This document shows positions 13,522 through 24,700 of a stretch of 64,000 nt of DNA, piece by piece. The translations under genes were made by a program, and so were the position numbers. The DNA is from Takakia lepidozioides (Eukaryota; Plantae; Bryophyta). Under the pieces are notes generated by a model. It saw nothing but the letters and a program-made list of their open reading frames with translations, did no database searches and was not told the origin of the DNA. Numbering within the stretch: position 1 is the stretch's first letter; every line of letters starts with the position of its first letter. Location: assembly GCA_030704615.1 (NCBI GenBank), contig CM060731.1, forward strand, positions 87,296,001 through 87,360,000. Direction: 5' to 3'.

Positions 13522-14250
13522 CACGGGGGGGTCACTACATGTATTTTTTCCATATCGCGTGCGAACAAAGGTATATTTATACTAGGCTATATTTTTAAAA
13601 TTTTGCATTTTTTTTCCATCTTATCTTTAGGTAATATTATAAAACCCTTTGTTTTCTAACACCCTAACTTTTTTTATAATTTTATTTTGCAACAATTAAT
13701 TAGACCCTATATTAAATTGTCATTTTAAATAATTGCAAATTTCAAAGCATGTACACAAACAAGTACATTTCATATAACATAAGTCAAATGCCGAACCCAA
13801 GAAAAAGTTTAATTTTCATTAGCCACGAACTCATTCAAAGCCGCATCATCACTTGGATCTAAAGAGTACAAGTTTTGAGATGGTTCAAATGTCATAGTCA
13901 CTGTTGAGATTATGGTATCAACATCAATCCACTGTGTATCACTGGAATCATATTTGAACTTCAGGTGACCTCTACCTGATTTCATCCTGATGGATTAGAG
14001 CTGGATGAAATATGAGAAATTTCACAATGATGGATACATTATACTGTAGATAAAACCCTTTATATTACATTAACTTTTAAAGTAAAACTCTGGATTTTTG
14101 GTGACCTTTCTTTAAAAAAAACTGGGTGAAAGAATATTGCATACCATATTTTCTAAGTAAAACTTTTCTAAAATTTACCTCAAAGAAATAAATCACACCC
14201 TATATTTGTTCTCATGTGGTTTTGAAAATACGGGGAGCGACCCCCCCAAG
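13522..14250. mobile_element. Non-autonomous TIR element (8-bp TSD; hAT- or P-like)
   Basis: TSD CTCATCAT at 13514-13521 and 14251-14258. The ~26-bp imperfect TIRs are CACGGGGGGGTCACTACATGTATTTT / AAAATACGGGGAGCGACCCCCCCAAG, and the interior is AT-rich. Confidence 0.85.
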
Positions 14251-14283
14251 CTCATCATTTGCTCATAGGTCTCCAAAGCCTGC

Positions 14284-15243
14284 ATCGCCTGCTGCTCCAG
14301 CAAGCACTTTCTGCAAATGCTGGTATAGCCGGATGGCTACGTGAGCCTCCATCTCGTTCTGGAAAGAGACCGAGCCACCGTGTGACTCTCGGCCATGGCT
14401 GATGTCAAAAATCAGATATGGCTGCAACAAATGATCCTGATGGTAAATTTTGTCAGACAACCCTCTAACACTCTCACTATCAACCAAATTGCCCTGCTAG
14501 AAATAGCGAAATGGAAATTCACGAATTTAAGGATGTGTGCGATACTGTACAAAGATTGTACTCATAAGACATTGTTTGCCGTAGTCTTGTAGCCATTGAC
14601 CCCGCGCCCAGTTTGAACGGAACATAAAGGGACATAAACTACCTTTGTCAGGGGTTGACGCCGGTAGTATGATTTACCTTGGAATAAATAGTTGATCCGA
14701 GATTTCCAGATATCCTCCAGAAACCCCTTCACACAAGCATCAATCTGATGTGTGTGATTTGCCCAATAGCTAGACCCCCAAAGGCCTGGGCTTTTGGCTC
14801 AGCCTCAAGATTTTCAAAGTTGTTAAACAAAAGGTACAGGCACAATTTCCTTGATGGAATTGAAGAGGGTGTCCCGTTGGTGAGAGTACCCAAGACAATG
14901 AATCAGGAAGTGAATATTGTCTTCAGGTTGCCCACACAACTGACACTTCCTCTCTGCGACTGTTTGTTGTTCAAAGGTACAAAGAGAAGAATTGCGGGAC
15001 ACCCTGCTTGCTGAAACCACTCAAACAAGCTATGACTGTATTTCCTTGTGTCAGCAGCCGGGCTGATCACCGTTACCGGCAACTGTTGGGGATCCCCAAC
15101 AAGAATACAACGTGCAGCCCGTACACTAAGTGGGGCAACACAGAAACCTCGCTGGCCTGTGCAGCCTCATCAATGACCACCATATCAAAACCATGTGTAA
15201 GGGAACTGAAGCCTACCTTATTATTAAGCCTACCTATTACCTC
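14284..15243 (-). pseudogene. Fragment of SEN1/UPF1-like superfamily-1 helicase
   Basis: The minus strand gives FDMVVIDEAAQASE, VGDPQQLP, SLFEWFQQAGCP, QYRTHP and YLIFDISHGRESH. It is split by the LINE piece. Confidence 0.85.
14556..14976 (-). mobile_element. 5'-truncated LINE 3' end (same family as 29490-31866)
   Basis: Reverse-complement match to about 31430-31866, including CQLCGQPEDNIHFLIHC. TSD GTACAAAGA at 14547-14555 and 14977-14985. Confidence 0.9.
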
Positions 15244-15976
15244 TTAGCCCTTTTCCAGGGCTGCCAGGCTTGCACAGGCATTGAAAATGCACACAAACGT
15301 GATGGGGTTGGGCTTCACCCCTTCCCCCACCATTTGATCATAGGTCTCCAAAGCCACCATCCCACATCCCTGCTCTGCATACCCTGCAAGCATCGCGTGC
15401 CACGACACCACATCTTGTTCAGCCATAGTGTTGAAAACTTCCTTCGCATCCTCAATGCATCCACATTGGGCATACATGTCCACCAAGGCAATGTTCAGAA
15501 TGTCATCTGGTATAATTCCAGCTTTGACGATGTCACCATGGACCTCTTTCCCCTTTTCCAGAGCTCCCAGGCTTGCACACGCATTGCAAACACAAACAAA
15601 TGTGATGTATAAGTTGGGCTTCACCCCTTCGTGCAGCATTTGCACATAGGCGTGAATCCACTTTGGATAATGTGAGTGTGCACCTGCTTTCTAGCTTCCA
15701 GGCCTTTCATCTTGATGCACTTATGCAAGAGACAGCCATACGTATCTAAATCTCCTGAAATGTCTCCTTGGTTTAAAGTCTGTAGAGCCTCTTTCAGTCT
15801 GCCTGCCTCACAAAGCATCTTCACATGCCCAAAAGTGCCAGAAGAGGCATTATGGACTCCCTCTCTTGATCCTCTCCAAGAAGCTGTGGTCATCTATGAA
15901 ATGCAACATTTTATTGCAAATTTTGTGGCAAGCCACATCTATACAAGTGTCCTAACTATCATAGCCGGAATGGGCA

Positions 15977-17656
15977 CTACTCTCCTACACCCTCCGAGGA
16001 ACTTGCCCCACCTTCCTCCTCATCCCCCTCATCCCCCCCATCCTCCGAGCTCTGTGATGCATCAGTTCCACTATGCCTCTCAAAAATTCCGTCCTCTCCT
16101 TGGGGGACTGTCCACCTCACCTCCTGGGAATCTTCTGCCTCTTCTCCCCAACTTTCCTCAGCAGAATCCAAGACATATCTACGAGCCTGATGGGCTCTAA
16201 TAGCTGCTGCCTCCTCCCTCATCTTCATTTTCTTGAGGCTCGCCTCGTCTAAAATCTGTTATACATGACTAGGTTTGGAAGACCTCCTAATGGACACCGA
16301 AGCAAGCCGGGCAACATAAGTAGGAAGTATGTAGTCCCTTTCTGGACTCGGCATGAAATCCCCCCTGGCAAAAAAAGACATGTTCCTCCTGCCCATGAAA
16401 TGCTGTGTAGACGTCCCTCCTGCAGTACTTGGCATCCTGCAGTAAGAACAAATCCACTTCAAGAATGTCAATACTAGCAGAAGCAGAAAGGGTCGGCCAA
16501 TGAAATAAGAGAGCAAAGGGAGGTGCCTCACAAAATCAGGAGACAACTTACAATGCGACCACTCACTCGTAAACCGGGGGCTCCTTGGCCTCGATCCCAA
16601 CTTGTACCTCCCCCTACTCCTTGTCGGATTCTTCCTCATCCTCCGAGGATGCCTCTTCCTCTTTCGGCATATGTTCAGCCGCTGCAAGTTCGGAGTTGTG
16701 GAGGGCAGTATCTAGCTGGAAGGCGAAGACATGCCTGTCGGACAACGTCCCTGCCCACATTGAAGCACCTGAGGGACAAAGCGGGTTAGTAGCATGCGGC
16801 ATGCAATTGCAATCAGACCAGGGGACAAACTGTGCACGTGAAGGCTTACCCGTGCCGCATGTGAGGTCAAGAATCCGCCCTTGGACATCCGAGCACGTCT
16901 CCATGAGGGTTTGGATGAAAGCAGGGCTCCAGGTCCGGCTGTACTGCCACTGTTTGCCTGTCTTTGTGTCCTTTGGCATACTGGAGTGGGGCACATAGTT
17001 GTAGAGGACATCGTAGGTAACAGGGTCCACAGCGGCATCAACAAGACGACCGTCGTTGCGGAATTTGAACGTAGACCCTCTCTTCACAAAACAATATGCC
17101 TCAAACACCAATGTCTGCACATCGAACAAGAGAGGGATCAACTCCAGGGTCTAGTTTAGATACACCACGATATGAAGTGAATGCAATAGATTGATCACTT
17201 ACACTCTGGCCCTCTGTTCGCAACCCCTATGTATTGATGCAGAACCATTTTTTGAGGAGGACCGGCGTGACACTTTTCAGTGTCCATCTTGCCACAACAT
17301 TCTCTGTGGTCTTCCCTCTTGTGGCAAGGACCACCATACATCCACCGTCATCCAGGAGCATCCCCGCCAGCCCAAACCCGGCTCTCCAGTAGTCCTCAGT
17401 AAACCTATTCCAGGTGGGCACACCATCCAGGCCCTCCAGCAGCTCCCCATCTGGAATATCGAGGAGAATCATATCGCAGGCTCATCGCAGGCTCTCTTCA
17501 CCTCAACACCCCCCCCCCCCCCCCCCCCGAGTGCTCTTGCAATCCGTGCTCACAGCCGTGAAGAATTCCATCATGGCTTCCAAACCAGGGGTGTCTTTAG
17601 GCTCTGTACCGGCAGCCCTCTTCTTGGCTTCCCCTTCAGCTCCTCCAGAGACTTGC
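15977..17656 (-). pseudogene. Spliced N6A/N4C-type DNA methyltransferase-like gene, C-terminal part (copy 1)
   Basis: MILLDIPDG sits at the motif IV position. After removing GT-AG intron 16849-16769 the frame reads GRILDLTCGTGASMWAGTLSDRHVFAFQLD (motif I), then an acidic tail. Truncated 5' by the LTR at 17657. Confidence 0.75.
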
Positions 17657-18388
17657 TGTCGCGGCCCTTTGCCTTGAGGGCAAGGGGTCGGGACACGAGA
17701 GGGGCTGCCCCTGTGGTGGGGGCAGTGGCAACAATAGATGCGGGGGCTGAAGCACCCTTGAGTGCCCAAGGCACTCGAGGAGGCGGAGGCGCTCACTAGG
17801 TGGAGCCCCGCACACCGGGTTGCGGTGGGGGTGGCTCCACAAGGGGGGTGGCGGTAGCTTAGTGGGACTTAGTGGGGGTGGCATAGGACTCACCATGGGG
17901 CAGAGACCTTGTGGTGGGAGTCGTGGGGAGTCTTGGGACTCATCACGGTCCAATGGGGCCGTGGTGGGTGGGCCAAGACTCACCGCGACTCATCACCGGG
18001 AATCGAGGGTCTTTGTGGTAGTTCGTCATAAAATGACATGGTTGTTTGTGAAACCCCCGCAGACAGCCACAGAAGTATATATAGGGAGTAGTAACCCCGA
18101 GAACGGTGCAAGCCCGTTGGTGACCAAAAACTAGTGAGTAAGCAAGCGAGCCGGAAAGCGACCAAGGAGTGGGGAGCTATTCCGGACTGCCATCTACCAA
18201 AGGGAATTTCCACTAGGCCCAAATTGGTGGAGGGTCTGTTGGAAGAGTAAAGGGGGACCGTTATGTCCCGGTGAGCAGCCGAAGCTCCGAGTTGGCCCGG
18301 CAGCCAGGTTGGGAGTAGGCGCGCGCATTAAAGCGAGTAACTATGACTTGAAGGGGAAGGGGAGCTTACCAAAGTTAGGTGCGCGACA
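17657..18388 (+). repeat. 5' LTR of gypsy family B
   Basis: Starts TGTCGCG and ends CGCGACA, followed by the PBS. Methyltransferase homology stops exactly at 17656. Confidence 0.8.
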
Positions 18389-18390
18389 CT

Positions 18391-18402
18391 TGGTATCAGA
18401 GC
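18391..18402 (+). promoter_or_regulatory. Primer-binding site for initiator tRNA-Met
   Basis: TGGTATCAGAGC, 2 nt after the LTR terminal CA. Confidence 0.9.
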
Positions 18403-18442
18403 TTAGAGTTCAATACGCGATCGCCCTTGGGATCGGCCTCAT

Positions 18443-20205
18443 CATGGGGTCGGGCAAGCCAAAGCAAAAGCGGAACGGCCCGAAAGATGATGATCCTGGT
18501 GAGCCCGATGGGGGCGGCGTGTCACCGAAGCGGCCATTTGAGGAAGCGAGGCCACTCAAGAACGGGAGGAATATAAGGAGTCGGAGCCTGAGGAATTCCT
18601 GAGAGCTCCGACAGACCAACAGATGCCTCCCATGCCAGCAGCCTTTTGGGAAGGGTTGCTGGAGCAGTTTGGCGGGACGTTGAACGACGTGTTGAAGGCG
18701 GCTAATGTCACTTCCACTAAGGCAAAGTTTAAGGTGAAGCCTAAGGAACCCGGCACCTTCAAGGGCATCCGAAATCGGAAGGCACTCAACACCTGGCTCT
18801 TGGAGCTAGAGCAGTACTTCCGGGGTGCCAAATTGAGTGACGAGGATCGGGTGGAAGTGGCTCCCACCTATTTGAGGGGATGTGCTCAACAATGGTGGCA
18901 GAAACGCCTTCACAACCAAGGTCCAAACCCGGAAACCTTGAATTGGAGTGGGTTCAAGGAACTTATGAAAAGACAGTTTGTTCCCCTCAACGCGTCCTCG
19001 CTCACCCGGGACAAGATGAGGAATTTGAAGCAAACGGATGACATTCGGGGATATATTCAAGCTTTCAATGTGCTGTTGCTCGAAGTCGCGGATATGGCGG
19101 AACAAGAAATGGTCTTCAACTTTGTGGCGGGACTGGCCCCATGGGCCAAGCGGAAGTTGGAGGAGAAGCCACCTAAGACCTTGAATGAGGCAATTGAAAG
19201 GGCTGAATGTTTCTCGGATGTCCCTAGGGGCGAAAGACAAGGCCGTACGGAGCTGAACCACAAGAAGACCCGGCGGGAGGGTGACTTCTTTCGATCGGAA
19301 AAGAAGTGGGATAGGCCACGTGGCGACAATGGCATGTGGAAATCGAAGGGAGGTCCTTCTCACGCCAAGACGGCACCCGGTGCTCCGAAAGGAAAAGCAG
19401 GTGCGGCGGCTTATGGCGGACAGAAGGCGACCTTCGATGGAGTGTGTTTTAATTGTAGGGAGCCCGGGCACATGGCTACGAAGTGTGCAAAGCCCCGGCA
19501 ATTGAACATGACTCGAGCAACCACGGAGCTGTCTGAAGATACCATCAGCCGCTTGGTGGAGGCAGTGGTTGCCAAGACTTGCAAGGTAGGCAACTACTCT
19601 TGTGAGTTGTATTCAGGAAACTGGCCCCCTGCGTAAATGGAGTCAGTTATTGTTCGTGAGTGGGAAAATTTCCGGAACTAACGTGTCGTTGTTGGTGGAC
19701 ACAAGAGCGTCGCATTCCTTCATGACACCGGCAACGGCAAAAATTGGGGCTCCCGACAAGTGATGTGGGGGCCTCTATTGAGGTGCGTTCTGCCAAAAGA
19801 GAACCACAATTGGCGACGATGTTGGCGTTCGATGTTCCTCTTCAGCTGGGGAGTTGGGAGGGACGTGAGAACTTCACCATTTGCGAGATCGATGGAGTGG
19901 ATCTCATTTTGGGGATGACCTTTTTGAGCAAATCCGGAGTGGTCATAGATGGCCGCAAGAGAATAGTCACGCTACCGTTGGGAATGGTGGCAAAGTTTTA
20001 AGAGTGTCGGAAACGCCCAACCCAGTGGGAGGCGAATAAACCTGTTGTCAGCAAAGGAGTGGGCTGTGAAGGAGCCACACGAGCCCCAATTTTTGCTTTA
20101 CGTAAGACAAGTGAAAGGAGAAGGCGATGGGAAGCCGAGCCCAGATTGGATCAAGGGGATCTTGGAGAAATACCAGGATGTGATGCTGGAGGATTTACCA
20201 AGCGG
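18443..20205 (+). mobile_element. gag: Ty3/gypsy family B gag-protease, 3' truncated
   Basis: ORF 18623-19636 has WLLELEQYF, AQQWW, LKQTDDIRGYIQAF and CFNCREPGHMATKC. Protease LLVDTRASHSF..DLILGMTFL follows, and the element ends before the RT. Confidence 0.9.
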
Positions 20206-20384
20206 CAACAATGAAAACAAACCCAACCAATGCCTAACATTCACATGCAGAAGCAGCCTTCTCTAGAGCTGCCGGCTTTGCACACGCATTGCAAACTATC
20301 AAAGGTTCACTCAACCAGTAACTTACAGAAATCAACATGAAAATTTAAGGACAATTTCGATAAGACGGGAAAACAGGGTGAAAT

Positions 20385-20598
20385 GTTTTGAAGGCACTTC
20401 ATCTGCCCAGACAATCTTCTCAGCTTAGCATGGATTTCCTTAATTCTGGGATGCAACCTGTCATCTATAGCAAAGGTGTGCACCCTGTTGCAAATCTCAA
20501 TGCAGCAACGACCTGGCTCCTTTCTAACCCCCTTCATCATTCTTCTCACCAACTCGTGCTTTTGCGATGCAACCATGCACTTCCAGGGCTGCCAGGCT
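20385..20598 (-). pseudogene. PPR E/E+ domain fragment
   Basis: KGVRKEPGRCCIEICNRVHTFAIDDRLHPRIKEIHAKLRRLSGQMK. Confidence 0.8.
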
Positions 20599-20639
20599 GA
20601 AGATGCCAAAACAAACAAAACAAAGCGAAGAAGACCGCA

Positions 20640-20853
20640 CATGTTACACAAAGCGAAAGAGGAAGGGGCTTGCTTGAGAGTGCTCAGCTTCAATTGGCGC
20701 GGGCTGTGAGCAAGACAATGGGATCTCCTGCTGGAGCTTCAGTTTGGCCATGCGAGAGGTTGGACGCCGCCCGTAGTACAAAGCCTTCAATTTGCGCCGC
20801 GGTCTGGATGTGGGGTTTCTCTCAGGAGAGCCACGCCCTTCTCCACGCGGCAT
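20640..20853 (-). pseudogene. First exon of the ParB-methyltransferase gene family (paralog)
   Basis: RRKLKALYYGRRP..KLQQEIPLS aligns by eye to RCKLRKLYFGRRP..RLQEEIAIS at about 46935-47030. Confidence 0.55.
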
Positions 20854-21115
20854 AAGTCTCAGTAAAAGAAAAAATCACCCACAGAATGCGTGCGTACAGG
20901 CCTCGAGTGGAACTTCATCCACCCATCACATCAGGTGTCGAAGGCGTATCCAAGAAGCAAGCGCGGAATCCGTGCGGAACAAATGGTTCACTCTATAGTC
21001 CCATTGGTTCCAACACTTCCTCTAGATGTAGTTTTCTACACAAGTCTTGCTTCTTGCTACAAGGCCAGTGTCGGCATCTTGCCTCGCTGGGCAACCGCAA
21101 CTCCTCCTATGAATG

Positions 21116-21718
21116 TCACAAGGAGCTGCACACGCCGGCCCTCCCCTGACTGCCATCCAGGCCTATAGGAAGCTGACTCCTCCCAAAATCCAGGGTGAAG
21201 CCCATGGGGTACAACACTGCCCCACCAACTAGGACATCGTAAGAAACCGCGTCTGTCACAATGGCCTTGGCTCTCATCACTGAGCCATCTGTAGGGTGAT
21301 CCGGCTGTAGTCTGATAGCCAACTCACGCTGTGTCATGCCCCGAGCCTGCTCTGATCCTCCCAGAGGTATCTATATCTGGAAAGGGCACGGCTCCATATC
21401 CGCCTCCGTGAGGCCCAAGCCTGCAATAGCAGCTTTGCCCAGCATCAGTGGCTGAGCTCCCAAGTCCAACAAGACCCGAAGTGGCCGGTATCTTTTGCTC
21501 GCCGGTCCACTCAAACGGAAAATACCATCCTGATTGTCTAGCATGACAACTCCAGGTGTCACCATGGCGCGCTCAATGGCTGGCCTAGTTGGTAGCTCTG
21601 CCAATCTGGCAGCTGTAGTTTGCTATGGCGCCGCTGTGGCAGTCTTGACCCTCAAATCCGAGGACTCCGCCACTACACCTTCCACTATCTCCGCAGAAGA
21701 TGAAGTGACCTCCCCACT
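21116..21718 (-). pseudogene. Retroelement aspartic protease fragment
   Basis: VLLDLGAQPLMLG..YDVLVGGAVL retropepsin motifs. Cut by the CACTA end at 21719. Confidence 0.65.
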
Positions 21719-24700
21719 CACTACAACAGAATTTGGCTTTTACGTATATTATTTTCCAGTCATATCAGTCTTTTATGACTGCATGACTGCCCAGTCAGAT
21801 AAACCCAGTCAGTTGTGACAAATGAGTCGTAAGCGCCATAGAGTTGTATCTGCCAGTCGTGGAGCTCACTGTTGACGTGGCAACAGGGATGCCTAATCAT
21901 AGTCATTGATAAGACCGTAATAAATGACTGCGAATCAATGTCAGCTTCTCGTGGAACGGAAGGGATACGCCACGTGTCACGACAAAGGGAAGGCGACATG
22001 GTCTTCACGACTGGCATATACGACTTCTGAGGATTAACCCCAGGACAGCATGTGGAGAATACCGGGAACGACATGTGGCATGACAGGGTGACTTCCGCAG
22101 ATTAACCCCATGACAACACGTGGATTAGACTGGACATGACACGTGGCGTGACAGGGTGAGGGAGAGGGGGTCTTCCAAGACTGGCATGTATGACTTCCGC
22201 CGATTAACCCCAGTGCCACACGTGGCAAAAATGGGACATGACACGTGCCATGACAATGGGCTTCGGGAGGGGCTTTCGTGATTGGCATGTATGACTTCGG
22301 ACGTTTAATGCCAGGTCCACACGTGGAGTCAAATTACGCGGGGTGGGGGTGGTCATTATGACTGGAACATATGACTTCCATGGCGTACTGTGGAGTCTGG
22401 ATATAGCACGTGGCACGCGTATGGGCAAACACAGGGGGTTAAAGTGGCACATGCCGGAGGCTCTGTGGATGGGAGGTAGTCCTATACATGAGCGTAGTCA
22501 TGGGCCTGACTCTAGCAGCATTGAAACATAAAGCACCATTGAAAGCACACGAAAACACCATTGAAACATGAAAGCACATTTGAAATTGGAACATCGATTC
22601 AAATACAACGTGAGTTAATGATCAGAGATCATTTCCATAATCTACTCCGCTGCCGCTACAAAACTGCACAAAGCTGCAAAGTCTAAGAAGACTTCCAAAT
22701 GCCTGAGCAGAAGATGCATACACTGGCATCTCTCGGACTAGTGCAATCCTAACACGTGGCAGATGATGCACTCAAAATTCGGGGCAGTCAAATGCTCATT
22801 ACTTCACTTTTTGGATTTTCACAAACTTGTCACTCCAAACTGTAACATGATCTAGAGTGTCTCCCAACTCTGTGTGCGCTGGCTTCATGCACTTGTTGTG
22901 ATATGGTAGAGGGGCATTGGTAAGTATCACCTGTGTGATCATGATGGCCACATACCCCTCAGGCACCATAGGGTATCCGGCACTCGCTGAAGACCATTGT
23001 AGACCAACAATGTGGCCAGATGCTGCTGTTGCCCTCGAAACCGTGTCGATAAGCCGGACTTGGTCACCCACCTTCAACTGCCACCCACCCCAAAAACCCC
23101 AGAAGATACATGAGCAAGCTTTCAGGCAAATATCAAAGCAACAACAACATATACATATGTGAAACAAACTAACATCGCTAAGAATATGTGTAAGCACCAT
23201 TATACAAACTCCATGTGTGCAAATTCGGAAATTGCAGGTAGGTAGGGAACCTCTACCCCATTCTGGCAGTCAAAAACTGGAGGTTTTGGAGTTGTCTTGC
23301 TGATAGGTAGCGCGGTGGCTGCCCCTTCAACTGCCGCAGATTGTGAATGGCCAGGTACCTACACACAGGAACATATGCTCCGCACATTGGACTGGGTTCC
23401 ACAAGTACCACTTGCAAATGGGTTGGCGATAAGCCAATGCAGATTTCATGGGGCAGTGGAATAATCTTACCTACAATGCCCTGTGGCCAGAGACTTGCGT
23501 AATCCCGGCATGCACCTGCACAGACAAAGCATACTGCACGACGAGTGGTAGCGGAGATACACCGAGCTATGAGCAGGTTACAACCATACTGCTTGCTATG
23601 CTGGCAGCTTACTCCCCTACAACTAAAGCTACACACAAACTTAAGCTAAAACTAGACAAAAGCTAAACTAGACAGAGCTACACACCTAGCATTCCACATT
23701 GCATTGACATACAATTCATTGTGTTTGCATAAAGTATTTCCCTCTAGGCAACACAATGCCATGACGCGTAAAATCTGGAGTTACATGCGGGTGCTGGGTT
23801 GTGAGGGTGCTATGTGAAGCTTGTCCAAACCGAGGATGGGCCCTCACATACTCTGTAATTGAGGCTGCCTTTGCTGCCCCCTCCAAGAAAGGCCACAACT
23901 TCGTATTGATGAACTGGTCAGAAGTCGCCCCGGCAGCCCTGCTTCTCCAAGGCTCTGGGAATATGCCAGTGAAGGCAGGATTCTTCTTCCCTTTGTGTGG
24001 AGTGTCATCAACAAGAAGAGTGTTGTTCTCATTCCATACAGAAATTCTTGCCATACTGTTGACAGGTTCTTGAAAAAGATAGGCTTAGATGGGTGCCTGT
24101 CATTTCTCTCACTTGATTGTTCACAGTAACCACCATCCCACTGAAACACAAGATTAGGCCGGCCACGGAAAATCCACTCCACAACAGGTTGGAAGTTGCA
24201 AAGTGTCATGCAAGACCACACTGCCACCTCAAAGTGCGCAAAACACTTGTTCAAAAAATCAATGCAACCAGGCCTCATCAACACCATTTTACTGCCACAG
24301 GTTGGAAAATCCACTCCACAACAGGTTGGAAGTTGCAAAGTGTCATGCAAGACCACACTGCCACCTCAAAGTGCGCAAAACACTTGTTCAAAAAATCAAT
24401 GCAGCCAGGCCTCATCAACACCATTTTACTGCCACAGGTTCTGTCAACAAGGCCATCTGGAATATACCCTATAGCACTACCAACATGTACGCACTCACAA
24501 AGCAATCCATTTACATCTAGAATCAGTAAATGTTTTGCACTGGTTGGATCTCTGTCCTTCTTCTTCAACAAATAATGGGGAGTGGTAGGGACAACCCGAG
24601 GGGAACCAAGATCAATTGCACAATCATCCCCCTTCATGCCCAGTGATTCTCCGGCTGCCTCTGAATCAAGGCATGCTACTTTTGACATGGGATCCATAGC

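Larger units (their letters stand above)
12990..15893 (-). pseudogene. PLS-class PPR pseudogene A
   Basis: Starts MTTASWRG..GHVKMLCEAGRLKEAL and has PLS triplets. Interrupted by a MITE, a helicase fragment and a LINE piece. Confidence 0.9.

Noticed and set aside
20385-20598. DYW deaminase domain
   Set aside because: The sequence stops after E+, and no HSEK or CxxCH motif was seen anywhere in the PPR pieces.
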